A stretch of DNA of 36,430 nt from an uncultured bacterium (GTDB lineage: Bacteria > T1Sed10-126). A model generated the notes under the pieces. It made no database searches and was not told the origin of the DNA. It saw only the letters and a list, made by a program, of their open reading frames with translations. This document shows, in pieces, positions 1 to 9,310 of the stretch (positions are counted from its first letter, which is position 1; every line of letters begins with the position of its first letter). The position numbers and the translations under genes are program-made. Location of the stretch: assembly GCA_964440635.1 (NCBI GenBank), contig CAYTSZ010000002.1:1-36430 (forward strand), read 5' to 3'.

Positions 1-51
1 TTTCATTTCCCAGCGGGCGGCCAGTTGATCCACAAGTTCAGAATAAAGCAT
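1..51 (-). CDS. partial CDS, first 17 codons only, product unknown
   Basis: ATG at 51-49 on the minus strand with GAGG 8 nt upstream. The frame (MLYSELVDQLAARWEMK) stays open to the window edge. It lies directly downstream of the RNase H gene on the same strand. Confidence 0.25.
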   Translation of the reverse strand, partial: MLYSELVDQLAARWEMK

Positions 52-123
52 TTTACGTACCTCTATTGAAAAAATATTTGCAATTGTCGTAAATATATAA
101 CTTCGTTCTTGAAATTAAAACGG

Positions 124-711
124 CTACAGCCGGCGATCAAGAGCACGGTTGGCGAGGGCATCGGCTTCGCTATTTTTTTCCCGGGGGATTGCTTTAAACT
201 GTATTTCGACATCACCCAGTTCATCCAACCGCTCCTGCACCTGTTCGTAGTAGGGACGCAGGTTAGCACTTTTAACCGAATATTTCCCCTGAAGCTGCCT
301 CACAATCAACTCACTGTCCATACAGATGGTAAGCAGTGGGCAATCATCGGGAACAAGGTTTAAACCCAGGAGCAGCGCCCTGTATTCGGCTGCATTATTG
401 GTTAAAGAGGGGGAAAAATAGCGGCAATCCTCAGCTAATTTTTCGCCGGTATCATCGTATAAAACGGCTCCTCCGGCAGCGTGGCCGGGATTATTCCGGG
501 AAGCACCATCGGTATATAATACATACCCGCTCGCGCCGTTACCTTCGGGGGGAGAATTAACCCCGCTGGATTTATCGACGACGAGTTCGCCGAGCAGCTC
601 ATCTACCTGGCGGGGGTCAAGTCCAAGGTTATCAGCTACAGTCTCAACCATGAACGGCATTCGAAGCAGTTTTAACAGTTCCTCCGGGCTGGAAATCTCA
701 CTCCTGGTCAT
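124..711 (-). CDS. RNase H type-1 domain protein with a roughly 70-aa N-terminal extension
   Basis: ORF 124..750. The C-terminal part (YTDGASRNNPG...NNAAEYRALLLGL...DSELIVRQL...REKNSEADALAN) matches the RNase HI catalytic pattern. I prefer the start at M14 (711) because 750 is a GTG with no RBS and would overlap the upstream gene by 53 nt. The start is uncertain. Confidence 0.8.
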   Translation of the reverse strand: MTRSEISSPEELLKLLRMPFMVETVADNLGLDPRQVDELLGELVVDKSSGVNSPPEGNGASGYVLYTDGASRNNPGHAAGGAVLYDDTGEKLAEDCRYFSPSLTNNAAEYRALLLGLNLVPDDCPLLTICMDSELIVRQLQGKYSVKSANLRPYYEQVQERLDELGDVEIQFKAIPREKNSEADALANRALDRRL

Positions 712-1429
712 CTTTGCCGCCCCAGTAAAGAATCCGGGAACAGCTTTCACAGGTATAGATTTTATTCATTTCCCGAACTTCATTAATCCGCTGGGCGGGG
801 ATGCGGCTGTAGCAACCACCGCAGGCGTGTTCGGTAATGGGAACAACAGCTTGCTGTCGTTTTTTACGCACCCGGTCGTATTTGTTAAGCAAATCTTCGT
901 CGGCTTCTTTGACCTTTTCACGGGCTGATTTGCGTTTTTCACGCAACTTTTCCAGTTTTTCTTCGTTTTTTTCCAACTGTTTTTGCCGTTCGGCTTTAAA
1001 TTTTTCAACCTCACCCTCAGCTTCCTGAACCAGCACCGTCTGTTCGCGAATTTCATCCTGAACCCGGTCGATTTCTTCATCAAGAACAAGATATTCTTCG
1101 GAAGCGGTTTCTATTTTTTGATTGAGATTTATAATTTCCTGATTAATAGAATTGAATTCCTGCTGGGAATTCACGCTGAATTTTTTGGCTTTCTTATCTT
1201 CAACCTTTTCCTCAAACCCTTTAACGTCAACCTCCCGGCTATCCCGTTTTTTCATCAGTTCCAGCCGCTGCTGTTTTAACTCTTCCAACTCCTCCTCAAG
1301 ATCGGCCAGTCGTTTTTCTTCCTCACCAATCTGATTAGGAATTTTTTCATTTAACTCTTCCAATCGATCAATCTCTTTATCAACTTTCTGCAGTTGTACC
1401 AGAGCTTTTAACTGTTTTGAAACACTCAC
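698..1429 (-). CDS. coiled-coil C4 zinc-ribbon protein (COG1579/DUF164 family)
   Basis: Long Glu/Lys-rich coiled coil followed by a C-terminal CGGC...CESC zinc ribbon. Its start overlaps the Nif3 stop by 1 nt, the classical Nif3 partner arrangement. Confidence 0.85.
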   Translation of the reverse strand: MSVSKQLKALVQLQKVDKEIDRLEELNEKIPNQIGEEEKRLADLEEELEELKQQRLELMKKRDSREVDVKGFEEKVEDKKAKKFSVNSQQEFNSINQEIINLNQKIETASEEYLVLDEEIDRVQDEIREQTVLVQEAEGEVEKFKAERQKQLEKNEEKLEKLREKRKSAREKVKEADEDLLNKYDRVRKKRQQAVVPITEHACGGCYSRIPAQRINEVREMNKIYTCESCSRILYWGGKDDQE

Positions 1430-2247
1430 TATATTTCCTCCCTGCTTGAATAACTTTCATCGAATCTATGTCTATATGGGTTACGTCTGACAAACTGTTC
1501 AACAGGCCCTTCATAGCCTATTTTATTTTTTAAAATATTGCGGGCAAAATCAAAAAACACTGTTTCCATCTCGTAATGATCAATAATTATCAATTCCAGT
1601 CCCCGCAGGCGAGCTTCTTCGACCTGGTGGTGTTTTATATCGCCGCTTATGTAAACATCGGCCCCCAGGACTTCATCCCGGGTTATCAAATCTCCACCAC
1701 TGCCGGTGCACAGAGCCACTTTTTTCAACTCCCGCTGCAAACAGAGCGTGGAGCGCAGATGGTTGATATGCGGATGTTCCAGTATTTTTTCTTCCAGTTC
1801 CTCTCCGGAGAGAGGGACCGCAAGTTCACCCACCCGGCCAAGACCAATCGCGGAAGATTCTTCAGCAGGTAAAATCGGATAGCAATTTTCCAGACCAAGC
1901 CGGGCGGCAAATAAATCGTTCAATCCACCCAAGCAGGAATCGGCATTGGTATGCATGGAATAAACTCCACACCTGCGGCGGACCGCACGGATTGCAAGTT
2001 CCTCCAGAGCCACATCCTCGCGCAAGCGATCAAGCGAATTAAAAAACATGGGGTGATGGGCCAGAATTAAATTAAAACCCTTATCAGAAGCCATTTCAAA
2101 TGCCTCGGGAGAGGGATCTACGCAGAGCAAAACACCGCTTAATTCCTCCGATAGCGGAGCAATCATCCAGCCCACACTGTCCCAGTCCTCGGAATAACAG
2201 GATGGAACACAGGACTCAAGTTCGCGGCCGATCTCTCCAAGTAACAC
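1429..2247 (-). CDS. Nif3-family dinuclear metal-centre protein (GTP cyclohydrolase 1 type 2 homolog)
   Basis: Nif3 pattern present: N-terminal WDSVG, AHHP, and C-terminal GDIKHH...DHY. GTG start with GGGAGG 10 nt upstream. Confidence 0.88.
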   Translation of the reverse strand: MLLGEIGRELESCVPSCYSEDWDSVGWMIAPLSEELSGVLLCVDPSPEAFEMASDKGFNLILAHHPMFFNSLDRLREDVALEELAIRAVRRRCGVYSMHTNADSCLGGLNDLFAARLGLENCYPILPAEESSAIGLGRVGELAVPLSGEELEEKILEHPHINHLRSTLCLQRELKKVALCTGSGGDLITRDEVLGADVYISGDIKHHQVEEARLRGLELIIIDHYEMETVFFDFARNILKNKIGYEGPVEQFVRRNPYRHRFDESYSSREEI

Positions 2248-2560
2248 TCGTTTGCTGCCTCCCGTCTTTTATTCTAATCTGAAACAGAGCAAATAACTGG
2301 AACGACTCTAAGAAACAATAATGATATCACATCTGATAGAATTGTAATAGCACTGTTTCAAACTCCATATAAACGGATGATAATCATCCTCTCAAAAACA
2401 CATTTTGAGGTAAAAAGGAAAGCTACGATAGAAAATATGCTTTAAATACTCAGTTTTTTAATGTAATCTGATTTCTACTTAAAAATCAGACAACTTCCCG
2501 GGTTGGATGAACCCGGGTTCAGAGAATGAACAAAAATTTATTTGTTAAGGAGTGTTTTAG

Positions 2561-2743
2561 ATGAGTGTTGACCCGGAACTACTTGAAATTCTGGTCTGCC
2601 CCCAGTGCAAAGGAGAACTTGACTATCAGGACACTGAAGAGGATGAAAGCCTGATCTGTCACAAATGTGAACTGAAATATGAAATCCGCGACGGTATACC
2701 GGTTATGCTGGTCGACGAAGCTGAAGCAATTAACAAAAAATAA
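2561..2743 (+). CDS. Trm112/YcaR-family small zinc-finger protein
   Basis: 60 aa with [12 protein letters not shown]...CHKC...[10 protein letters not shown], the typical Trm112/UPF0434 signature. AAGGAG lies 8 nt upstream of the ATG. Confidence 0.9.
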   Translation: MSVDPELLEILVCPQCKGELDYQDTEEDESLICHKCELKYEIRDGIPVMLVDEAEAINKK

Positions 2744-2785
2744 TTCTTCTCGGACCAGACGACACTGACCGTCAAAAGCTTCCAG

Positions 2786-2830
2786 CGTCATTCCGGGCAA
2801 GACAACGTAGTGACCGCAGACCCAGAATTT
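2786..2830 (-). repeat. degenerate REP-B hairpin (CGTCATTCCGGG...AGAAT) with expanded loop
   Basis: It shares the CGTCATTCCGGG 5' arm with REP-B copies at 9155 and 12807 and occupies the same position relative to the following REP-A units. Confidence 0.5.
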
Positions 2831-2845
2831 ATTGTAACTTCAAAA

Positions 2846-2875
2846 TGGATTGCCGGGTCAAGCCCGGCAATGACG
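2846..2875 (+). repeat. REP-A hairpin TGGATTGCCGGGTCAAGCCCGGCAATGACG
   Basis: 9-bp perfect stem (ATTGCCGGG/CCCGGCAAT) with a 5-nt loop. The same motif occurs at 9229, 9270, 12732 (inverted) and 25456. Confidence 0.85.
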
Positions 2876-2886
2876 ACGAAGGGGGA

Positions 2887-2979
2887 TGGATTGCCGGGTC
2901 ATCCAGCACTCAATCGGGGAATTGCAGAAAAAACATAAAATTTTCACTGGTAGTTCCCGATTGAGTGCTGGACGGCAAT
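2887..2979 (+). repeat. long-hairpin element copy 1: REP-A arms split by a 16-bp inverted repeat plus a 37-nt loop
   Basis: TGGATTGCCGGGTCA | TCCAGCACTCAATCGGGG ... CCCGATTGAGTGCTGGA | CGGCAAT. The inverted repeats are at 2903-2918 and 2956-2971. It sits between the convergent 3' ends of trm112 and the GT4 gene. Confidence 0.85.
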
Positions 2980-3018
2980 GTTGGAGATGATGGAAGGTTC
3001 GGCCTGACCGTAAGTTCT

Positions 3019-4113
3019 TTAAATCAGTTCTTTATAAAGACGGGCTGCTTGAGTGATAGATTTTTTCCAGGTGAACTTTTTAGCGTGGGCAACGCAGCGT
3101 TTATCAACCCGGGGCCCTTTTATTTCCTCAGCAATTATCTCCTGAAACTGCTGAGCATATTCATTGTCTTCGAGGCGAAAAGCGGCAGCGGCCACTATCT
3201 CACGAATGGATCCCACATCTCTGACTACCGGACGGGTTCCGCAGGCCATAGCCTCCAGAATCGGAAATCCAAATCCTTCGTAACGGGAGGGGAAAAGAAG
3301 TAGCCGGGCTCCGCTGTAAAGACAGGCCAGCTCACCGTCATTTACATAATCAGTGAAGATCAACAGATCATCTCGACCCTGCCATTTCGCCTTTAGAATA
3401 TCACTGTAATCTCCTTTTTTGCCAGCTATGACCAGGGGAATATCCGAGAGCAGGCGATGATCCCAGTTTTCTACAACTTCCTCCAGATTCTTGCAGGGAT
3501 CAAAACTACTCAAATCAGCCACCATCAGAAAATAGGGTCGATCAATATCATGCTCGTCACATACTGTTTGTATTTCCTCTGATGTCCGTGGGTAAAACCG
3601 CTGATGGTCGATTCCGTGATGGATTGTTTCTATATTTTTTTTATCCATCCCAAAGCTCATAACAAGATCATCGGACGTGCTGCGGGAAGGCGTAATGATC
3701 TTATCCGAATTTTTTATCTGTCTTTTCATCCGCCAGTATAAATAACGTTCCAGAATATCTGTCTGGTATCGCTCGCGGTAATGATAGGGAATCAGATCGT
3801 GGACCATACCGACAACAGGAACAGCAGCAAACGGCGGGGTTTTCATGGGATCAATTATCTGAATTAAATCCAGTTCCATTTTTTTGTAGGCCCAGATAAG
3901 ACGCCAGCGATCCCAGAGGCGATCGCTCCACTCCTCTTTTTTCGCCCCTTTTTCACTGGGGAAATCTCCGCGAGAATAGGGAAGAATATCAAAATCCGGG
4001 TGGGCACTGAGTCCTTCCAGATAAGCCTGAGCAACCCGTCCCGCCCCTCGGGTGCGATGCGAAGTATGTAAAGCTGTAAGTTCCAGCCCTATTCGATATT
4101 TTCTTTTTTTCAA
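3019..4113 (-). CDS. glycosyltransferase family 4 (GT1_RfaG-like)
   Basis: 364 aa. The C-terminal half carries the GT4 pattern ([23 protein letters not shown]-like: [25 protein letters not shown]). Confidence 0.88.
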   Translation of the reverse strand: [364 protein letters not shown]

Positions 4114-4163
4114 AATTATTCACTTCCAAACAGATTTAAAATTTAAAAACCAGTTAGCAGGTT

Positions 4164-5876
4164 TTATTCCTTGGAAACAGGGTGGCTGTTCGGTTCAAAA
4201 AGGTACCGTTTTATCTTTCGAGTCGGCGTCCGGGGAAAAGGCTCACACCTGTGTTCATAACCTCTCACTCTCTGATGTTCAGGTAGCTTTTCTCCGTATT
4301 TTTTTAGTTCTTCACCGATCACCCGGTTAATCAGTTCATTCCCGGGGGAGGCTACGTCTCTGTCATCCGCAATGGCATCCTCATTTGGATAAACAATAGC
4401 TTTTGCACGTTCCCCGCTTCCATCCTGGCGTGGTTCTCCCACAACGAGTATTTCCTCTATAAAAGGACTTCTTTTGTAAAACTCTTCCAGTTTCTCCGGA
4501 TAAATATTTTTACCTCCAGAAGTAACTATTATACTTTTTAACCGCCCGCTAATGAAGAGAAACCCATCCTTGATGTAACCAATATCTCCCGTATGAAAAG
4601 GGCCATCCTCTGTCTCCTGAGGACATTCAGGACAAAGATATCGTCTGCAGACGATAGAACCCTCTATCACTATTTCCCCCGCAGCGTCCTCATCGGGATC
4701 AAAAATACCCACCCGACAGCAGGACAGTGACTTACCCACCGAAGCAGGATACGACGTTCCGGGCAGATTAACTGTGGCTACCGGGCTTGTCTCGGTCAAA
4801 CCATAACCCTGGAGCATCTCCAGACCAAGCGCACGGAATTGTTCGGGAATTTCCCCATTAAGCGGAGCGCCACCGGAGATTAAAAGACGCAGATGCTTGA
4901 ATCCCATTTTTTTCAGCAGTTTTCTATTCACATTGTCCCTGATAAATTCACCTATTTTATTATCCATTCGTCCCAGACCGAGCATACTTTGGCCGGCCCA
5001 GCGTTTAAGAAAAGATGCCTTTTTTTGATTACGTTTTATTCTATCAACAATTTTCTGATAGACGAGAGGAACCGCCAGCATTATTGTGATTTGATCTTCC
5101 CGGAAATGTTTCATCAAAGTTTTACTGGTTAATCTTTTGGCGTAGACAATTGCCGCTCCCGAAAACAGGGGCAGCATCTGGCCACCTGTGAATTCATAGG
5201 TATGAAAACTTGGTAACACAGACAGAAAACGATCCTCGGGGCCAAACTTTTCTATCCTGTAAAGAGCCCTGAGGTCAGCGCAGAAGTTAGCATGTGTGAG
5301 GCAAACACCCTTTGCAGCTCCGGTAGTGCCTGAAGTAAAACAGATACTGGACACCTGGTCGGAATCAAAATTTTCAACCGGAAAATCAATATGCGATTCC
5401 GAAGAATAACGGTTTAAAAATTCGCGAAGATCATCCAGAACATACATTTCCAGATTGTCACCGTCATATTTATATATATCCTGTTCCACATCAGGGCTGA
5501 GGATTATTAATTCAGGATGGGCCAGGCGCAGCACACGTTTGATCCCATATTCGCTGCGATCTTCGGCAAGCGGGATAACTCCCACACCCAGAGCAACAAG
5601 TGAAAAGTAGCAAATAATCCAGCCAGGAGAGGAAGGGGCCTGTAGAACCACCCGGTCACCCGCGCTCAAACCCCGTCGGGAAAAACCACTGGCCAACCGG
5701 CGGACACTATCTGCTAACTCGCCGTAGGTTATCCGGATATCCTTATTTATAAGCGCAACCCTGGCAGGCCATTTCGCTTCACCCCGCCAGACAATATGAT
5801 CGAGACGTTCCAGATTCGGAGCTTCGCGTAAAAGGGGGGTCTCGGCTGCCCACTGGATGTTTCTGTTAGAACTCAC
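4164..5876 (-). CDS. AMP-dependent synthetase/ligase (long-chain acyl-CoA ligase-like)
   Basis: 570 aa with the AMP-binding motif FTSGTTGAAKGV, then GYGLTETS and TGDIGY. Confidence 0.88.
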   Translation of the reverse strand: MSSNRNIQWAAETPLLREAPNLERLDHIVWRGEAKWPARVALINKDIRITYGELADSVRRLASGFSRRGLSAGDRVVLQAPSSPGWIICYFSLVALGVGVIPLAEDRSEYGIKRVLRLAHPELIILSPDVEQDIYKYDGDNLEMYVLDDLREFLNRYSSESHIDFPVENFDSDQVSSICFTSGTTGAAKGVCLTHANFCADLRALYRIEKFGPEDRFLSVLPSFHTYEFTGGQMLPLFSGAAIVYAKRLTSKTLMKHFREDQITIMLAVPLVYQKIVDRIKRNQKKASFLKRWAGQSMLGLGRMDNKIGEFIRDNVNRKLLKKMGFKHLRLLISGGAPLNGEIPEQFRALGLEMLQGYGLTETSPVATVNLPGTSYPASVGKSLSCCRVGIFDPDEDAAGEIVIEGSIVCRRYLCPECPQETEDGPFHTGDIGYIKDGFLFISGRLKSIIVTSGGKNIYPEKLEEFYKRSPFIEEILVVGEPRQDGSGERAKAIVYPNEDAIADDRDVASPGNELINRVIGEELKKYGEKLPEHQRVRGYEHRCEPFPRTPTRKIKRYLFEPNSHPVSKE

Positions 5877-5941
5877 AATTAAACACCGTTTTTGACAGAA
5901 TATCCAGGGAGTGACATACTACGATCAATTCAGAAAATAAT

Positions 5942-6826
5942 TTAAACAATATCAAAACGTCCGCCCTTGCGGCGGCTGACCTTTTTTAATTTTTCCAGAT
6001 GTTCATATTTCAACCGCAAATCACCAAGTTTGACCTCCGGCTTAACCGAACCATGAAAATCGGTACCTCCGGTAATTAACAGTTCATCGGACAGGGCCAT
6101 CATTTTATACTTATCCTCCTGCTGTTGGTTATGATCAGAATAATAAACTTCCAGGGCTTCCACTCCCAGGACCGAAAAACGCCGGAGCTTAAAATTTTCG
6201 GCGTAATAAAGCGGATGCGCGAGAGAAATAACTCCCCCGGCCTCCTCGAGCAAAGTAATTGCTTCGCTGACCCCCATGCGTTTTTTGGGTACGCGGTCAA
6301 GAATCCGGCCGTGGGCCAGATATTCATCGAAAGCCTGGCGGACGGAAGAAACAATACCTTTCTCAAACATTGCCTGCGCGACATGAGGTTTACCGATAAG
6401 TTTTTTCCCGGCCAGATTGGCCACATCCTCAAAAGTCAGCCCCGCACCAATTTTATCCTCCAAAATATCAATCATTTTTCTAACCCGCTCGGCGCGGGCT
6501 TCTTCATAATACTGAAGTTTTTTTATAAGACGGGGTTTCTGCCAGTCAAGATAATAACCAAGAATATGGAAACGACCGACAGAATTTTCTGCACTTATTT
6601 CAAGACCGGGAACCGCCTCCACGGGGGAGGATTGCGCTGCCCGCATGAATTCATCCAGGCCGGCGACCGTATCATGATCTGTAAGGGCCAGTGCTTCAAG
6701 CCCGGCTTCTTCGGCCAGAGTTATTAACCGGGAGGGTGAAAATTCTCCGTCGGAAGCTGTGGAATGGCAGTGCAGATCCACGCCGCCTTCAAGGACAAGA
6801 TCTTCGTTTTCTCTTTGTTTACTCAA
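5942..6826 (-). CDS. PHP-domain metal-dependent phosphoesterase (COG0613/TrpH-YciV-like)
   Basis: N-terminal DLHCHSTASDG, then LALTDHDT and C-terminal GGTDFHG. The start overlaps the folE2 stop by 4 nt. Confidence 0.85.
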   Translation of the reverse strand: MSKQRENEDLVLEGGVDLHCHSTASDGEFSPSRLITLAEEAGLEALALTDHDTVAGLDEFMRAAQSSPVEAVPGLEISAENSVGRFHILGYYLDWQKPRLIKKLQYYEEARAERVRKMIDILEDKIGAGLTFEDVANLAGKKLIGKPHVAQAMFEKGIVSSVRQAFDEYLAHGRILDRVPKKRMGVSEAITLLEEAGGVISLAHPLYYAENFKLRRFSVLGVEALEVYYSDHNQQQEDKYKMMALSDELLITGGTDFHGSVKPEVKLGDLRLKYEHLEKLKKVSRRKGGRFDIV

Positions 6827-7641
6827 TATATTTTCCCCGAATCTTTCCAGAACTCGCCGTGACTGACCGAAGCGTAAGCATTATGATTATGGATGGACTC
6901 AAAGCTGGTACATTCCAGCCAGAAATCTTCAATGGCCGGCTCTTTTTGCAGGGAGAGACTTAAATCACGAACAATATCCTCGACAAATTTTGGGTTTTGA
7001 TAGGCCTGGTCTGTTACATAAGCTTCATCCTCCCGTTTGAGAAGCGAATAAAGCTGACTGCTGGCCTCACTTTCAATTAATTCAATGAACTCCTCAAGCC
7101 AGAGCATTTTGTTTATAACAGCTCTGCTGCGGACTATCGCCCGTTGATTGTGAGCACCGGATGCGCTGTTTTCTTTACTGCAGGGACACAGAGTGGTCAG
7201 GGGAACTTCAGCCTCCAGCCATGTTTTTGTATCTCCGCCTTCGGAAAATCCCCCGAAACCACAGTTAAAATCCATCAGACCTCTATTTTCACTGGCGGGA
7301 GAAGTTTTCTCAATGAAATAGTCGAATTTAAAACTGGCGTAGGCGTTGGTGGAATTAAGCCGCTGCTTTAATTCCGCTAAGAATTCAGGCACTGATTCAA
7401 AAGTAAACTCTGAACGGCGATATTTTTCGGCAATTTCGACAAAACGACTGAGATGCGCCCCTCGCTGATCTTTACTCAAATTCACCCCGATATTCAGGTT
7501 TGCAACCACCTGCTGGTGGCCCTGACGGCGGTCGACAATTTTCAACGGTAGTTTTAAATCCCGGATGCCCACTTTATTTAATTCGACCTTTCTGGGGTCA
7601 CTCTGAGCCTGAGTGTCAGACAAAATATCATTTTTCTTCAC
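6823..7641 (-). CDS. folE2: GTP cyclohydrolase IB (FolE2/MptA family)
   Basis: 272 aa with the family pattern: SDTQ...VGI..L..P, HLSRF, TLCPCSKE. GTG start with AGGAAG upstream. Confidence 0.85.
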   Translation of the reverse strand: MKKNDILSDTQAQSDPRKVELNKVGIRDLKLPLKIVDRRQGHQQVVANLNIGVNLSKDQRGAHLSRFVEIAEKYRRSEFTFESVPEFLAELKQRLNSTNAYASFKFDYFIEKTSPASENRGLMDFNCGFGGFSEGGDTKTWLEAEVPLTTLCPCSKENSASGAHNQRAIVRSRAVINKMLWLEEFIELIESEASSQLYSLLKREDEAYVTDQAYQNPKFVEDIVRDLSLSLQKEPAIEDFWLECTSFESIHNHNAYASVSHGEFWKDSGKIY

Positions 7642-7740
7642 AAAAAAATCACTTCCTGAATTCTATTTTTAAGTTTTAATTGTATATCAAAAGGCCAGAT
7701 AATAATAGTTACTGTATCCTCCCTACAGCGGGGGGCCAGG

Positions 7741-8055
7741 ACGTGACTGCGTGATGAGGCTATAAGTCAGGGGTCGAAGGTCGAAGGTCGAAATGACAAA
7801 GTCAAGGGCGGTTACCATAGAGGTCACATAGGGACACCGCGTAAATTCAAAATATTTTAAAAGGGGAACCTTCAACGGTAATGACAAACTGTTTTGGGTC
7901 GTTATTCCGGGGCCTGACGCACACGGATGTGCTAATGCTGCAAACACAAGGATGTGTAAGAACAGTGCGAGCCAGAATCCATTGTTGTTGGCTTGCTATT
8001 TTTATTATTGGTTTTAACTTGTGGACTCTAAACGATGAACCGTGTTTCAGGGAGG
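7741..8055 (-). repeat. mosaic long repeat, copy LR1 (modules F-tail, C-core, G, B-variant, E)
   Basis: The reverse complement of 7741-7915 aligns along about 170 nt with 21969-22140, roughly 85-90% identical by eye. 8008-8055 resembles the E module at 13098-13145. Confidence 0.8.
7772..7792 (+). repeat. three tandem heptamers GGTCGAA
   Basis: GGTCGAAGGTCGAAGGTCGAA read directly. The homologous site in LR4 has four units. Confidence 0.85.
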
Positions 8056-8139
8056 AAAATGATGACTTTTTTTTGATAATCAGCTAAAGTTATGCTGTTG
8101 AAATTACTTTCTGACTACGCTGATAAGGATTGTCCTCGA

Positions 8140-8976
8140 ATGACTAATAAAAATATACCCGGTTTTTTCAAGCGGATAAAATATGCCTGCACTGAACCTA
8201 TGTTCTACAAACAGGTGACTGCTGAATCCGGGAAAAAGACCGCCTTTTACCTGATCAAACTCCTGCTTCTTTTGTTTATAATACAGGCCCCTTTCATTTT
8301 TTACACCGGCTGGAAAGCCAGTTCTGAAATCGCAAATAATCTCCAGAAAAACCTGCCCCGGATCGTATTTCAAAACGGTAATCTAAAAGTGAAGGCCGAT
8401 GTCCCGCTTAAAATACCAATTTACGAGGACTACAAGATGCTGATAGATCCGCAGGGAACTATCCCGCGTAGACGGTTAGAACCGGAAGTATTAGTTGTTG
8501 CTTCCAATAAAGTTCTTTTCATCCGGTCAAATAAAGAGTTCAGAAGCATCTATACAAATTTCTACTCGGAAGAAGAAACAGCCCCAAAAATTATTATAGA
8601 TTCTAAGTTTCTCAATACCTGGCTGCCCCGGCTCCGCATTATTATGTCGTTCACCACTGTCTTTGCCCTGCTGATGTCATTAATAACTCTGACAATTTTA
8701 CGGCTGCTGCTCTTAAGTATAGCCGGTTTAATAGCGCGCAGCCGGCACGAAAAATCTTTTAGCTGGAATCAGCTTTTAAGTATAAGCGTATATGTTCTCA
8801 CACCAATATTTCTGGTTGAAACTCCACTTCTAATAGCCGGCCTGACCTTTTCACATTTCGATTTCTTCCTGCTGCTGGGAGGGGCCCTGTGGCTCTTCTA
8901 CATTATAAATACACTGGCTGATACAGAAATAAATAACCAACAAAAGAATGGCAGAATACTTGATAAAGAAGCTTGA
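8140..8976 (+). CDS. DUF1189-like polytopic membrane protein
   Basis: ORF 8092..8976. The N-terminus (FFKRIKYACTEPMFYKQV...KKTAFYLIKLLLLL) and several TM segments resemble DUF1189. I prefer ATG 8140 (AAGGA 10 nt upstream) over 8092, which has no RBS. Confidence 0.55.
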   Translation: MTNKNIPGFFKRIKYACTEPMFYKQVTAESGKKTAFYLIKLLLLLFIIQAPFIFYTGWKASSEIANNLQKNLPRIVFQNGNLKVKADVPLKIPIYEDYKMLIDPQGTIPRRRLEPEVLVVASNKVLFIRSNKEFRSIYTNFYSEEETAPKIIIDSKFLNTWLPRLRIIMSFTTVFALLMSLITLTILRLLLLSIAGLIARSRHEKSFSWNQLLSISVYVLTPIFLVETPLLIAGLTFSHFDFFLLLGGALWLFYIINTLADTEINNQQKNGRILDKEA

Positions 8977-9019
8977 ACAGATTTTTTTCTTAATACAAAA
9001 ACGGTTTTTTCTGATTTTT

Positions 9020-9112
9020 ACTCTGTGCCCCTCTATGATCTCTATGGAGAAATCGGGTTTGCTTTAAGGTTTTGTTTCCAACTATAAACGCACAACTATG
9101 AACGGTATTTGA
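9020..9112 (+). repeat. D-like and E-like repeat modules
   Basis: CTCTGTGCCCCTCTATGATCTCTATGG resembles CTCTGTGTCCCTCTGCGACCTCTGTGG at 12976. GGTTTTGTTTCCAACTATAAACGCACAACTATGAAC resembles GGTTTTAACTATAAACTACGAACGATGAAC at 13105. Confidence 0.6.
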
Positions 9113-9154
9113 TCCTTGGTATGTCAAACGTGGAAATAACTGTCTGTTTTAGAT

Positions 9155-9184
9155 CGTCATTCCGGGGCTTGACCCCGGAATCCA
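9155..9184 (-). repeat. REP-B hairpin CGTCATTCCGGGGCTTGACCCCGGAATCC
   Basis: 9-bp perfect stem (ATTCCGGGG/CCCCGGAAT) with a 5-nt loop. The inverse copy is at 12807-12835. Confidence 0.85.
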
Positions 9185-9228
9185 ACTTGATTTTTAATTA
9201 AAATTGTGAATCAACTTCAAATTCAAAA

Positions 9229-9310
9229 TGGATTACCGGGTCAAGCCCGGTAATGACGGGCAGGTGAAATGGATTACCGGGTCAAGCCCGGTAATGACGG
9301 GCAGGTGAAG
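9229..9310 (+). repeat. two tandem 41-bp units, each a REP-A hairpin plus GGCAGGTGAAR linker
   Basis: TGGATTACCGGGTCAAGCCCGGTAATGACGGGCAGGTGAAA is repeated at 9229-9269 and 9270-9310 with one mismatch. A third unit starts at 9311 but is interrupted by the long-hairpin element. Confidence 0.9.

Noticed and set aside
2919-2955. The flipped 37-nt loop as an invertible promoter
   Set aside because: I found no acceptable -35/-10 pair with 16-18-nt spacing in either orientation. TTGCAG and TAAAAT are only 8 nt apart. The element also occurs between convergent gene ends, so a promoter-switch role is unsupported.
2965-3303. 112-aa plus-strand ORF starting in the long-hairpin element and running into the GT4 gene
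   Set aside because: It is antisense to the well-supported glycosyltransferase 3' end and starts inside a repeat. It has no supporting features.
7723-8087. ORFs 7723-7947 (-) and 7881-8087 (+); likewise 12477-12758 (+), lying wholly in repeat-filled gaps
   Set aside because: They are composed of REP and mosaic repeat modules that recur in both orientations and different frames elsewhere. They have no RBS and their sequence is not protein-like.
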